A stretch of 64,000 nt of DNA from Kudoa neothunni (lineage: Eukaryota; Animalia; Cnidaria). The notes beneath the pieces were generated by a model. It had not been told where the DNA came from, ran no database searches, and saw only the letters and a list, made by a program, of their open reading frames with translations. Position numbers and translations under genes: made by a program. Of the stretch, positions 39,782 through 53,600 are shown piece after piece. Numbering within the stretch: position 1 is the first letter of the stretch; the number at the start of each line of letters is the position of its first letter. Location: positions 4,919,489-4,983,488 of the forward strand of contig OZ199838.1 of NCBI GenBank assembly GCA_964304625.1, read 5' to 3'.

Positions 39782-40917
39782 CGTTAAACAATCCAATGTG
39801 CTCCCATTCAATATCGTAAATCTTTAAACCCCGCATGATATAATCTGACTAGAATACGTTATTAAAAATATTAATATTAATGCCGCACACACAAAAAATT
39901 CGTGTTATTATTCAGTGTTTACAGATTTTCAATTAAACCCCAAGATTTTGTAAAACAAGAAAAAAACCCCTACGAACCCAATGTGCCCATAAAAATCTCA
40001 AGTCTTGGGGAAAAACCCAAGCCCTGGCAGCGCAAATCTGCCAAATTTTTATCCATTGAAAGTAGGCAAAGGTAATTTTATATATTCTACTACATTTATC
40101 TTTTTCTGGTCCTTCACTGCGCTTCTAGGGATTATAAATAATTAAATATTGTTAAAACTGGGCCTACATGAATATTATACTTCAGAAGAATTATAATATT
40201 CAAGCTGAATGTTTTAATTATATCAGATATAATCTATTATAATAAAGCAAACGGCAAAACGTAAAGCTTTAAAACTAATTACGATACCGGCAGATTAGTC
40301 ATAATTTTGTTCGCATACTGTGTGATCAAAGGGAAATTTAATAAACATTCGTGGCATTTGAAAATATTTATATTAATTTTCCCCATATTCTATCAACGGT
40401 ATTTTTCAAGTAAAGTTTATTTTCATTACGTTAAACCATCTTCAACAATTTCAAGTAGACTTAAGATAACATATACCTAGTTTGTTTGATATATGTTGTG
40501 ATTTTCAACTGAAACCTTATAACCATCTATTTTTAATTCGAAATTACATTTACATATAAAAATTATAGCTGCCGTTTGCGCATTTGCGAAAAATATATGG
40601 TTTAATTAAGGAACATGATCAGAACTAGAACTCGAAGACGTTGGCCTATCTATACTTAGCAAAGCCCTATTGTGAACGCTATTCGAATTTATTAATCAAA
40701 CTATAAGCTTTTCATTCAGAAATTTCGCGCTCCAGTAATGATTATAATATTCAAACACGCCAATATAATAAAAGATCCACAAAAAAAACTACACTAAAAT
40801 CTTGTTCTAAAAAAGTTTTATTAACATTTTTTTCGCTCATCACTAACAATCCTATAGATCAGATCATATCTACGATGATATCATCGAGCAAAACTTTTTC
40901 TGGGTCCACAGATGAGT

Positions 40918-42204
40918 TTACGATCGTCGGGGTTTCTCAATTTCGTCTAAAAGTGTTTTCTCAAAATCTGCGATAAACTCTTCATTCGATGCGATCCGGG
41001 AATGTTGAAAATCCCTATTGGATTCGTCCATCAAATCTTCGATGTCAAAATGGTCAGTATTGATTGAAGTTACGGCGTCTGCAGAATTATTACGAGGAGG
41101 ACTCCCACTAGAAGCTGGGTGTGTATTTCCTGCCTCTTCTAGTCGTAACAACTCGTCAATGTCGTCCATAATCTCCTGCTCGTCGCCGTTGTTAGTAGTT
41201 GTGGAAACCAAAGAGCTATCATTATTGTAGACTGTGGAATCCATATGAGGGAATTTCCCTGGAATATTTTTACCACTAACATCGGAATTTATATCTAATT
41301 GAGAATGCTTAAGCCATTCTGGAAATTCTTTTGTCTTATTTTTAGAATCTCCATCTAACAAAGAAAATCCGGCGGCATTATCATTTTGTTCATTGGGGTC
41401 GTCATCAAATTTAATAGTGAATTGTTGTTGATATGAAGTGCTAGCAATGAGACGTCTAGTTCTAGCGTTAGGATTTTTATCCACTTGAAACATTCCTAAA
41501 ACATCCACATCTAAAGAATTTCTGGAGAGAATCGCTCGGTCAACGTGAGATCTTAAGACAGCAGGCTCCAAAAGTTTGTCGTCAAACTCCACAATGCAAC
41601 ATTTATCAACCAATTTGTAAAGATAGTTGAATTGTTGGTTGAATTTGGCGAGTAAGGTACGGCTCATAACCTGCTGTTTGGATTCCTCGTTCTCATACAC
41701 CGGTTGATAACACATATAACAGGTTAGCTCCCCCGTCTTCATATTGATTAATCTATTCATGTCCAAATCGGTGAAACCCTTTGTGCAGTTGCTGCATGTG
41801 TAATTGGGTCTAAGACGATCGGAATCTTCTTGATGAACAATCTTTCTCTTCATGCACTCCAACTTGTATTTGATAATATTCAGAAAAAGATGATAATTGA
41901 TGTAGTAATAGGTGAATGATAGATACTGGCCAGTATCTTCCATTTTTTCTTTCATTATCCTGTGTTTGACCAATTTGTCAGCTCGAAGTGGTACAATCAT
42001 GCTTCTCAACTGCTTCTTATCAATCTTTACCAATAAACTTAATGAATCTTCATCTACAACTACATGCCGCAATAGCACATTAAATATTGCGACATGACAT
42101 GGTTGATAAAATGTGTAAGCGACTGTTCGAACAAGCCTCTTCAGAAGGCCAGGAACATCCGGTGTGTGCTCGTCAACTTTTGGAAGAACACTCGGCGGGC
42201 ACAT
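40918..42204 (-). CDS. GTF2E1: General transcription factor IIE subunit 1 (TFIIE-alpha), single exon
   Basis: LLKRLVR...winged helix, YYYINY..FLNIIKYKL, zinc ribbon CSNC..FTDLD...LTCYMC, LLAKFNQQ, PEWL, acidic tail. Confidence 0.95.
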   Translation of the reverse strand: MCPPSVLPKVDEHTPDVPGLLKRLVRTVAYTFYQPCHVAIFNVLLRHVVVDEDSLSLLVKIDKKQLRSMIVPLRADKLVKHRIMKEKMEDTGQYLSFTYYYINYHLFLNIIKYKLECMKRKIVHQEDSDRLRPNYTCSNCTKGFTDLDMNRLINMKTGELTCYMCYQPVYENEESKQQVMSRTLLAKFNQQFNYLYKLVDKCCIVEFDDKLLEPAVLRSHVDRAILSRNSLDVDVLGMFQVDKNPNARTRRLIASTSYQQQFTIKFDDDPNEQNDNAAGFSLLDGDSKNKTKEFPEWLKHSQLDINSDVSGKNIPGKFPHMDSTVYNNDSSLVSTTTNNGDEQEIMDDIDELLRLEEAGNTHPASSGSPPRNNSADAVTSINTDHFDIEDLMDESNRDFQHSRIASNEEFIADFEKTLLDEIEKPRRS

Positions 42205-42824
42205 ACTTCAGAAGCTATTCGAAAGAAACTACAACTACGCTATTACAAAATCATACAAATAGGCAACTACGGCGTATAGGTAGAGAAAACTGCGATAACT
42301 TGCTCAACTATTTCGCAAAAAAATTTTCACTGCCTATCGGCTTGTTACGGAAGAATTCGTTCTTCATTTTTTAATCATGTGTCATCTAACACAATTATTT
42401 CTATTTTAAAAATTAAAAATTTCCACACGTAATTTTTATAAATAGCTTTGTATTGTTTTGAGATCAAAATTAAGACTGTATATAACATCCAACAATTCAA
42501 AATGAATGATTGCGCTTGCGCCAATGCGTTTGATTTATCGACTTTTTCATTCCTAATTTATTAATATCTCACCTAATTTCGAGACTCTAAATAAAAGATA
42601 TAAGGCTGAAATAGACGATAAATTAATGCTGATTATTCTTCGCTCCCCCCGCGGTTGTGAGAAACAAATTAAGTTATCCTAAATCTGCATTTAATTTTGA
42701 TGATATTTATTCATTAAAGAATATGCTATTGACGAATTCTTTTTTGTATATATTCCCTGATTGAGTTGTGATGTAAAATATGATACGCCTTGAAAACCAG
42801 AGGATTCGATTTCATGCGTGTTAA

Positions 42825-43790
42825 CTCATTGTAGATAATCTAGATAATCATGGGTTCCACGACCCATCTGCTCATTAAATTTTCTTTTTAACCACGAATA
42901 AAACCTCGCTTTAAACCGGAAGTTTATGTAGATGCATTATATTGTGTTTCCTAATGATTCATATTACTAATGAAAAATTTTCGCTCCGATTTTAACTCGA
43001 ATTTGAACTAAAATGGATTCTTGTTATATCCGTTAATTCTAATCTTGTGCTCAACTAATCTCTTGCATGTGATTTCTTCTTACAATGATAGATTTTATTG
43101 GTTCCAGTGATTTTTTTCCATCAGACAATGAAAATATTGCTTATGATGAATTAAACGAAACTTTTGATGATTTTAATGAATCTGATGAAGATTTCTATTT
43201 GATTCAATTGTTATGTATCTGTTTCTATTTTTTAGACCGTTTACTGTTCATACATTACAATCTGATATCTATATTAATGTAAAATTACAAATTATTTTTA
43301 AATTTAAAAAAACGTCGGAAAAATATTTTCCAGTTTTAAATAAATTACAATTAGGTATATATCAAAAGAAATTAACATAAAAAACTGATTATGATGTTGG
43401 AATAAAAAAAGCAAATCATATTTTTATTATTCGGTTTTTGTTCTAATTGAACTGTATTCGGTTACCTTCTAAATAAATAATATGCGAGTGAAAAAAAAAT
43501 TAAAAAATTATTTAGAATCATATTTACTTTCATATTCGATATGCTATCTGATACTAAACTTGTATTTTTTACAATTAGTGACGAATTTATTTTAGCAAAA
43601 TTTGAAAAATACTTTATTTTTGTTCAAAATGGTATGAGCCTGAATCAGTGTGTAAAATATGATATTCAATGAATAGACATCGTTGATGTGTTAATAAAGC
43701 TTGAAGACACCAAACCGATTAATTGTAGAGCTCTAAAATCATTAAACTAATCCGACTGGTCTCTTGGACCCAGTTCAACCTTTACATGGC
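42825..43790 (+). mobile_element. Possible piggyBac deletion derivative
   Basis: TTAA|CTCATTG, subterminal GGGTTCCACGACCC and GGTCTCTTGGACCC, acidic N-terminal ORF at 43085 like other piggyBacs here; right end unclear. Confidence 0.4.
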
Positions 43791-44229
43791 TCTCCGATGA
43801 TCATACACAAAGGGCTGATGCCAAATGATGCATTGCAAAAATGATTGCGATGGGCTGGTTGCTATTATCTGACTGTTTGTTATTCTTAAGGCTGTGTTGC
43901 CATCTTACAAAAAAAACTAAAACGATATTTTATTTTTGATTTTTATGGAGCAATAAACAAATTTCACACATTTTTTGAAACCCCACTAGGTTAGAATATT
44001 GATTGACTTTTGTTTATATAATAAGTTACTTATAACTTTTCAATCAAAATTTTTACAAAAATTATTTTTGAAAGTTGTTTAATAATATAACTAATGTCAC
44101 GTCATCAACCAGTTCCATCACATTTTTCGAGTATTTATTGTTTATTATTTGGTTAGATCAATATTTAATACCAAGAAATTCATAAAACTATAACTTTCGC
44201 CTAAAAGTACAATATTATTCAATATTACA

Positions 44230-44955
44230 ATAGTTTCCCATCTAATGATGCGAAATCTGCCTGTATATCACATTTTATAATATCTACTATCTCGATTCTG
44301 AACGGTGTCCTAAAGATAAAAAATCAAATAATTAAAACCTCAAAGTGTTTTTTAGAACCTAAAAATAGAAAATATTTCCATACTGGACAATTTCATTCTG
44401 TTGTTGAAAACGTATAGTGTCGGATTAAGTGGGTACTAAGCAATAAGATTGGAGTACGCGCCGCTACTTCAATCATCAAGAGATATAATTGACTGTAGAA
44501 AAAGATTTAATTTCGTGCGCAATTCGTGGATGGTTTCGTTGTTTTAAAAAAAGGTCCAACACTAAAAAAAGCAAATTGTAACGGTTAATCCGCTAATGCT
44601 ACACATGAAACCACTTCAGACTGGATCAATCAAATCATAAAACCTTACAAACGATGCCCTGAAAATTTTATATACAATGTAGACAATACTGTTTTATTCT
44701 ACCAACGGGAACAGGTGAGTATTTCATCGTTACCTGATAAATAGTTTTTTTGCTGTTAACACGTTTCTAGAATTTTAATTATCTTTTAAAATTAATATAA
44801 AGCTAACTAGCTATTTTTAGAGCAACTTAGTAATTATTGGAGATCAATTTTTTCTGGAATAATTGCGCCTGGGTGTATGCGAAATTGGACGTGAACAATT
44901 TGACGCATATTTTTCTTGGTCCCGAGGAGGATAAGTGAAAATGGTTTCTCACTAT
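44230..44955 (+). mobile_element. Decayed Tigger/pogo remnant
   Basis: GWFRCFKKR and IYNVDNTVLFYQ fragments; right end TTCTTGGTCCCG...CTCACTA. Confidence 0.6.
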
Positions 44956-45548
44956 ATATTAAACTTGAATTAGGATTGTATAAAACTGAGCTATTAATAA
45001 ATATTTACCCGACTGCAAAAATTCATGAACTATACATCAATGTACTTTTAATTTGATTGATTAAGGAGAAAATATTTTCGACTTAATAATGTTAAAACAA
45101 GGTCCTATATCTTTAAAAAAATACAATACTGATATATATATATATATATTTCTATTCGAATAATTTATACATTAAATATATATATATCTGTTATTTGTGT
45201 GAAATTATTTAAAAAACAAGAAAAAGATTTAGTTTATGGAGCGTACTCAATCCTTCAACTATGGCATAAATAACTACCACAATTTAGACCTTACTTTTAT
45301 AAACTTTTGAAATATTTATATACAATTCAAATGATCTTTTTATTAGTTTTATCCATGACACAAGAAAAAAGTGTAGGGATACCAACTATTAAAACATTGT
45401 TTAAAAATGAAACCTGTAATGAACATACACCTATTACTGCGCTTAAATTGGATAGGCCGTGTTGATTCAAATTTAATCAAATATAAATGGGCGAAACCCA
45501 ATAAGAGATAAATAAAATACACTACACATTATAAGAAAAAGTTGTCGC

Positions 45549-46592
45549 CTACGATAAATATTTTGGTACTTTTAACAAATAGACGGTGGTACTAAGCGGT
45601 AGTCTAAAACTGTCATCGCTGGCTGTTGGTTGCAGGTATTTCAGTACAGCAGAATACGAGTTGTAATCGCTAAATATTACTTAAAAATACAAGTGGGATA
45701 AAAAAGCTACTCAACAAGGTAAAAAATGGATAAAACTTTGACATTTTTTAACAGGAAACTTGATCTTTCTTTGCTCAAATTAAGAACCTCTTGAAACCTG
45801 CTCAAATCATCGCTGGAATATTTGACAATAGCAAAATCACCGTACACATCCACAAAAATGACCCTAAAAAGGATTTATATTTTTAAAGTAAACAAAGTTA
45901 GCTACTTCTGACATGAAGAATTTATATCAACCAGTTTTAAAGCTACGTCGAAACAATATAAGAACATATGGTTAGTGTATGCATCGCGAAGACTATGCTG
46001 ATAGTTGGTCTTGAATTTTTGAGAAAATTTACGGGTGTAAGATTGACTTAACTCGTTTGAAATTGACCTAATAATACAAAAATAAATAAATTAATTTATA
46101 ACAATATATAAAAATTAATTTTGAGAATCTTCTTGAAATTCAATTTTTCACAGGATAAAACTCACAAATATCATACTTAGGTTGTGTAATTGATTGAGTT
46201 GATTCAATTTTTAAAACAGGAGAAGAAATATCAGAGTGATCTTTAAGCTTATCATCGTTATAAAACGACAAATTATTTTCCTCAAGTATTGATGCAAACA
46301 AATTCTCCTCGATATTCGATGTCAGGAGCCGGTTTGATTCGTTCATTGCACCACTTCAGTAATTTAAAAGAGATAATACATCACCCTAATTTACCAAGAT
46401 GTTGAACTGTGTTCATCAATAAAAATAGTGGAACTTTGATCTAATTAAGGGGGTGTCATTTAAAGAAAACTTGCTATAAAAATTCTAACTCGAATCTGAC
46501 GGATCTTTCATTAGAGAAGACGAATCCGAAGAATGGATGCTGTAGTCAAGAGAATAAATTTGGGGAGAATCATAATCAACTTCTTTGACCAT
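45549..46592 (-). CDS. Hypothetical multi-exon protein (Ser-rich N-terminus), no family recognised
   Basis: Kozak-like ATG and about six exons joinable by GT-AG introns: MVKEVDYDSPQIYSLDYS.../...MNESNRLL.../SISNELSQSY...LYCFDVALKLVD/VIFVDVYGDFAIVKY...FLLKNVKVL/DYNSYSAVLKY...KYLS*. Confidence 0.6.
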
Positions 46593-46823
46593 GAAAATAA
46601 CGTGGCCGCGAGGCGCAAGCGTTAAAGCGAGACATCAACGCCTCAAAAGATAAATTTTAGGGTGATTTGGCGCATCTGTGGGATTAAGAAGTTAAAAGAG
46701 ATATTTACAGAGATTCTAAGATGTTTATTAGCTTCGAAAAATTACATTAATAATCATTAATTTATCAGAAAATAATATATGCAATAAAAAATAACATATT
46801 TCCAGCAGTATAATAAACACAAT

Positions 46824-47677
46824 CTACATATCGAATTCATTTTTTATCGCTTTTGTCAAATGTCTATCGTTGTCGATGGTTCGAATATTGCATATAAATT
46901 GGCCAATCTTATTGCTGACAAACGCTGACATACTTTGAATCCACAATTTACCATTTATCCCTACGGTCAATTCGTAGGAATAGCTTTGATATTTTTTTAG
47001 ATGAGTTATTATTAAACAATTTTTATCAAGCAACCTATAAAATAAAAAAATGTAGATTTTTTGATTTATTTGAGTTAGCACAGAATTTGTACACGTACTT
47101 TTTAGCATATACACATCCAATATTGAAAAGAGCATTGTTTGGGCCGTTGGAAAGAATACCCAGCCCATTAGCTTTATCATTTACCTCCATGCAACTCAAC
47201 AATGACTCACAATCTCTATCCGCAGATATAACTCGAGCGTACACCACATCTCCAATATTCAATTGTGGTCTGTTTCTTTTTGTCGCCCCTTCAAATGCCA
47301 ACGAATCCAATAAAGCATGCCTAGTCGCACCAATATCAACAGAAAATGCTTCACCTCCCAATTTTTGGATAAGCCCTATTACGCGATCCCCCACTTGAGG
47401 CATGTACTATTTAGGTTCATGTGAATTCTTACTGTCCAATAGCCTATATAAATACTTTTTTAAAGTAGTAACTGAGCCAAATCTTGTTAGGTGACTTCAA
47501 ACACAAATAACCAGTTTGTGTGGCTACCAATTTATTGTTTTTGTAATCAATAAACACACCCGGACCAATATGTACTGGATTGGAGCCATCTGTAAATTGA
47601 ATGAGATATTCTCTATCACATATTACATCTCCGGGGAGAAGCAGTTTATTTCTGAATTGTTCAGCAAGTTTTTCCAT
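46824..47677 (-). CDS. EXOSC3: Exosome complex component RRP40 (3 exons)
   Basis: LLPGD, IGPG, YMPQVGDRVIG, FSVDIG, LAFEGATKRNRPQLNIGDVVYARV, ELTVGINGKLWI. Confidence 0.95.
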
Positions 47678-48149
47678 GGATATGCGCACGCTAATTCCGT
47701 ATAGACATGTGCTATGTCATTTCCATCAAAATTTCTTATTAAATATTCAATATCAAACCTGAAGGTATGAATTTTTAATTTTCTGATATTTTTTATTTAT
47801 TAATAATCAGCTAAAAAATAAATGGCAATTTTGTAATGTTACAAAAAATTTAATTTAAATGACTCTTTAATAAAGATATTAGAATACTCTAAGGCATTAG
47901 TTATTTAATATAAATTATTTAAGTCATTTCCTCGATATAATATAAATCTAATAGAATTTTGGATACAATTTGATAGATAAATTTAATATTGAGAATTTTG
48001 GGACTCATGTCAAATTTTTCCTTCAAAATTAATACAATATTTTCAATGGTCAAATAATGTTGTTCAAATAATTATTTTTAACAAAAAATAATTTAAATAA
48101 ACACAGCTACTTAAAAATTTAACTTAAGTTACAACTTCCTGTTACTTTT

Positions 48150-49545
48150 ATCCATGTAAAACTATCTGTATCATGTAAATAGGGATAAATTAATGACGTG
48201 TTTCAGGATTATCTAAATTATATTTTAGCAATGATAGAATTATAATATAATGAGTGATGGATGCTTTGTAATCCTATTAGGATCAAGGTGGCCAGAGTTG
48301 GTACGTTTTAAGGTCAATGAGTTTCGAGACAGAATTATTATAAATGCATGACATATAATGAGAAAACGTGTCAGAAGACTTGGCGCAAAGTATCCACTCA
48401 TATCACTCAAATAGCTCAAAGCGTCAAAGTGAATATGACAAATCACAAGAATTATTCGGCATCGAGCATCAGATGATACTGTATCTCTGTTACATAAGAT
48501 GGCTATCTCTTGATCAAGTTATTCAGAAAGTATTGGAAGAATAGACAGTTCTCACGTTTCTAACTCACAGTTGGACCATAAGTAAACAGGGCTAAACCCG
48601 CACCTAAAATGTTTTCACCTCTATTTAAACCCATAAATAAAATGTCCTATGCTTTTTTAACTTTTGCTTATTCATAATCAGTAAATTCAACGTTGAATTA
48701 CAAAATGAGTTTTTAGAGATTATAAACTAAGGAGTTCTTTGATAATATTATTACAGTGAAACATGATGATTTTCTAAGAAGTCTGATCAAAAAATACCAT
48801 CTGGAGCTTAAATTTTAAAGACCATATAAATTATATTCTTCCGGATAAGTTTTATTACAGGTCGAAAGTAGAATCAATTAGAGTAAAAATATTACTGGAA
48901 TAAGTAATAAGATCTTGTTTACTTTCTTAGAAAAACTCTGGATCTCCATTTATTACTCACGAACGAGACATTTCAAAGGTTTTTAAACATTGCAAAATTT
49001 ATGCATTCACAAATATTTGAAGCAATGCATCTTGCAAATGTCAATGAGGCAAAACCCCATTCCATTATACCTCTCTCAAAGAGATTTCCAAATATTATTG
49101 TCGAAGATGAGTATTTAGATTTGGATAGTGAATAGATAGAACTTAGCCCTTAAAATAACAGTCATTTCACTGAAAAGACCAAAAGGAATATTGGTATGCG
49201 GTCACAAATGAATAAAGACAGATTTACATTCGAAGATGAAACAATAAATGCTCTATTATATGCTGAACATTTACTGAGAAACGTCAGTCGCATGAAATGG
49301 AATCCATCTGACCAATAAACTAAAACGATGGAAAAAATAAACCTATATGGGGAGAAGGACAGTGATAATGAATTAATATTTTGATATATTAATAGGTCCT
49401 ATCAACTATTTTTTCTATTCGATTAGTTTTATGTTGCTAGAATTATATCTGTTGTTTTATTTTTAAAATATAGTGCCTTTTTCTTAAATTTTAGAATGAT
49501 TTTAAATTTTTTGGTACGATTTACAAAGATCATCTAGCAACCCTG
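48150..49545 (+). mobile_element. Decayed hAT (Blackjack/Tip100-like) transposon
   Basis: MSDGC, CYIRWLSLDQVIQKVLEE, DETINALL fragments; right end CATCTAGCAACCCTG (reverse complement CAGGGTTGCTAG). Confidence 0.65.
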
Positions 49546-50464
49546 ATTGGGGTCCCAATGGGATTAAGAACGACCCGTCATCGACTGTATTAGCTACTTG
49601 AAAAATTGAACTCTTAATGGTCATAGATTTTGCTCGTCGTATTAATTGAATATATTTGTAATATTAAATAATTTTTATTTTTTTTCGTTCATATTTGGTT
49701 GGCACCTACCCATTTCAAATTTTCCAACTCATCATTACGCGAATTAATCGGATTGTTTCGTGTAAAAAGGCCACGCAATAGCAAAACCCTCTATTCTCGA
49801 TGATCCCAACTGTTTAAATGAAACTAACGGCCTATATGAGACTTATTACAGTTTAAAATATAGTTTTATCGAGTTTCTTGAATTTTCGAAGATGAATAAT
49901 AATGAAAATTGGAAAACCACGCTATATCGAGACCTTACTGTATAAAGAAATAATAGATGTCAATAGAAAATCCTTCTCAATGGCAACGCGTCAAGTAGCT
50001 TAAAAATTACTATTTTAGTTTTAACAACCGAAAATATACAGTAATGCACTGGTCGTATGTACACAATGTATTTAACGTATCAAAAAGGTTATATACATTT
50101 TAAATGGTTCCAAAATTAGTAATGTTATACTTAATCGTGTAGAATAATTTACAAGCATAATCACCACAAATAAACGAAAAATAAAAGTTACATGAGGGTC
50201 GATCGTACGTATTTGTTTACTCTGGTCGCTGGATTAAATTAAACATTTTGAATTTTTTTATAACAAAGTTACACAGTTTTCATGAATAGATGGGTCTCAT
50301 ACATACTTGAATCTTCTGGTATCCTGATTTATTTTTTAAATTGCTAAATAAATATGTAACATGTGGATTATATAAGGGTTGTAATCCACCAACCATAGAG
50401 GCGCGATCGAGAGCAGTGCGGTATGGCACCACCGCCTTTTAGTGCAAAGAATCTAGGTTCGGAC

Positions 50465-50581
50465 TGTAACGCGGCAGCGACAAGCTATAGAAAACACGGT
50501 TCAACAAAACTAACCACGCCACCGACGACGAACCTCGACCATAACATAAAGGTGATGATTAATTATATTAGGTTCACTACA
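50465..50581 (-). repeat. 3' LTR of the Gypsy element
   Basis: Identical to 54513-54629. Confidence 0.97.
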
Positions 50582-50584
50582 TTA

Positions 50585-50595
50585 CTCCCCCTTTT
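50585..50595 (-). promoter_or_regulatory. Polypurine tract
   Basis: AAAAGGGGGAG on the minus strand, 3 nt before the 3' LTR. Confidence 0.9.
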
Positions 50596-50606
50596 AGAAT
50601 AATGGA

Positions 50607-53600
50607 TTATACTTCGAAATCATCAAGGTATAGCGGCCTTTTCTTGTTTCTCGTAGGTCTATTGTTTTGTTTAGTGTTCGGATTGGTATTTGACTCATCG
50701 ATGGTATATGTTGGCAAGACGTCATTTTCATGGACGGACTGAATTTTATTGGTGTGGTTTTCAACAAAACAAACAGGGCCTTTTGCCTTTATTACCTTAT
50801 ATGGTCCTTCATATTTTGGGGCAAGTGAAGTGATTTTCCTATTCTTTATGTAGACATGACTTCCTATTTTCTGTTTTCCATTGACATTTTTGCGGTTGTA
50901 GTAATAAGACTGTTTCGTTTGTGCCTCTTCTATATTCTCTTTTGCTTTGTTTAATGCGCTTCTCATTGCATTCGAGAGTTTCTCAGCGTAAACATGAGGG
51001 TTTGTAACAGCATTGTTTAGATTGTAGGATATTGTACTAGTAGGTGTAACTAATTCTCTACCATACATTAAATACGCGGGGCTATAACCCGTAGTTGCTG
51101 ACGGCGTTATTCTAGTAGCCAGAAGGGCTTTATCTAAACTTTGGTCCCATTCTGCGTTGTTTTCCAGAATGAGAGCTTTAAGTTTAGTTTTTATGTTACG
51201 TACTTGACGCTCTGCCATGCCATTTCCTTCCGGGTGATAGGCCGTCGACCGCGACTTTTGAACACCAAAAAGTCTACAGACATCACCGAATAATACTGAT
51301 TCAAACTGAACTCCTTGATCCGAATGTAGATATTTCGGGCAACCGTGGCGCGATATTATCAATTCAAAGAAAGCATCCGCGGTTTCTTTAGCTGTGATTG
51401 TTGATAAGGCTTTTGCTTCCACCCATTTAGTAAATTGATCTATAAATAGAATTACAAACCTATTACCGTTTGATGTAGTTTCCATTGGTCCCATAAAATC
51501 TACGTGCCATCTTACACAAGGACCTAGCACGGGGATCGGCATTAGTGGTACTTTTACTTTATGAGTATTTCCTTTCACTTTCAGGCATATATCACACTTT
51601 TTTATCATAGATGTAACATCGTCTTCTAGCGTTGGCCAATAAAAATTTCTCCGTAATACTTGTACTGTCTTCGTTATTCCTGAGTGTGCACATTCCTCAT
51701 GTACTTTTTTAACGATCATTCTTCTCATTCGCCATGGAACAACAGGTAATTTACCAAAACGTGAGGCGTGACAAAGTAATCCATCCACCATTTCCAATTT
51801 GTCTCTTCTATCATACAATTTCTTCAGTTCAGAGTTTCCAGATAATTTTGTCGATTCCGTCGGATTCCTCTTGGCATTTTTAGCGACTTGTATGCATTTA
51901 TCCTCGTTTTGTGCTGTCCTTAATTGATCGTAGGTAGCATATGTTCCCATACTGAGCACGCTTCTGGACAGGGCATCCGCAATGTTGTTTTGACATCCAG
52001 GTTTATACATAATTTCATAACAATAGTCTTCCATTTCCATCAACCAACGAGCGCGTCTCCCTCTTGGATCTTTCATGCTCCTCAAATAGACCAGGGGATT
52101 GTGATCTGTCAATATGAAGAATTTTTTCCCAATCAAGTAATGTCGAAATTTTCGTACAGCGTTTACGATCGCCAATGCCTCTCTGTCTGTCACACTATAG
52201 TTCTTTTGGCTGCAATTTAACTTTTTACTTGTATAGGCAATGACATCTTTTCTCTCCGGGCTCTGATAAAGCACTGCTCCAACAGCTGTATTTGATGCAT
52301 CACATTCAAGATAGAATGGAATGTCCGGATTCGGATATGCTAAAGTAGGTGACTCCTTTACAGCCTCCTTCAATATGCGGAACATTTTCCTTTCGTCGTC
52401 ATCCCATTTGAATGGTACCTTCGATGACATCATATCCGTAAAATGTGATGAGAGCTTAGCCAATCCTTTAATGTGTCTATGCATAAAGTTTAAAGCGCCA
52501 AGAAAAGCTTGCAAGTCATCTTTGGATTTTGGTTCTTTCCAGTCCAATATACTTTTTACTCTATCAGGGTCATTCCGAATACCATCCTTGGAGATAATGA
52601 ATCCCAAATAAGCCAGCTCGTTTTTGCAGAATTTGGATTTTTCGTTGTTAATTTTCAAATTTGCCGTGTCCAGCCTCTCCAATACTATATCAACGTGGTC
52701 CATATGTTCAGATTTTGACTTTGAGAATATCACAATATCGTCAAGGTATGCTATAGCAAAGGGCAAATCGCTAAGTAGTCTGTCCATTATTCTTTGGAAT
52801 GTGGCTGGACCATTACACAATCCGAAGGGCATTTTGAGAAATTCGTAAAGTCCACGACCATGACTAAATGCAGTTTTTTCAACATCCTCCGGTGCCATCG
52901 GTATTTGCCAATAGCCGGATTGCAAGTCCAGAGTTGAGAAAAAATTTGCACCCCCAAGTGAATCCAATACTTCTTCAAGAATTGGCAGTGGATATTCATC
53001 TTTTACGGTCACATCGTTCAATTTCCTGTAATCGACGCACAGACGTAGATCACCGCTCTTCTTCTCCACTATCACAACTGGAGATGACCAAGCACTTTTT
53101 GATCGTTGTATCACTCCCAACGATAGCATCCTGTCTATTTCTTTGTCTACCGCATCCCTGTAGTGTATGGGAACTCTATAGGGTCTAGATGAAATTGGTT
53201 CGTGACCGTCGGTTACAATCCTATGGATGGCGTATTCTCCGACTGAGCAATCACCAGCTCTTTCCACAGACCGAACCATATTAACACCTTTGATATCTCG
53301 GGATTTTACCAGTGACTGTAATGGATATTTTATTGTATTGACCGACTGGCTCCTTGGCGGGATATTGTTCAAATGACCATCAGATAATTTCGTATCAATA
53401 ATGATATTACAATGTTCGAACAAAAAATCTCTCCCAATAATAGCATCGTATATCAGATTGTTAACAATAAATGCTTTGCAATCTACCCAAACTCTACCAA
53501 TATGCACTTGAATTGTGATAAAATGCGATATTTCAATCTTGTCGCCACGCGCAGAGAAAAGACACATATAAGGACACTCCACTACATTCATACTATTATT

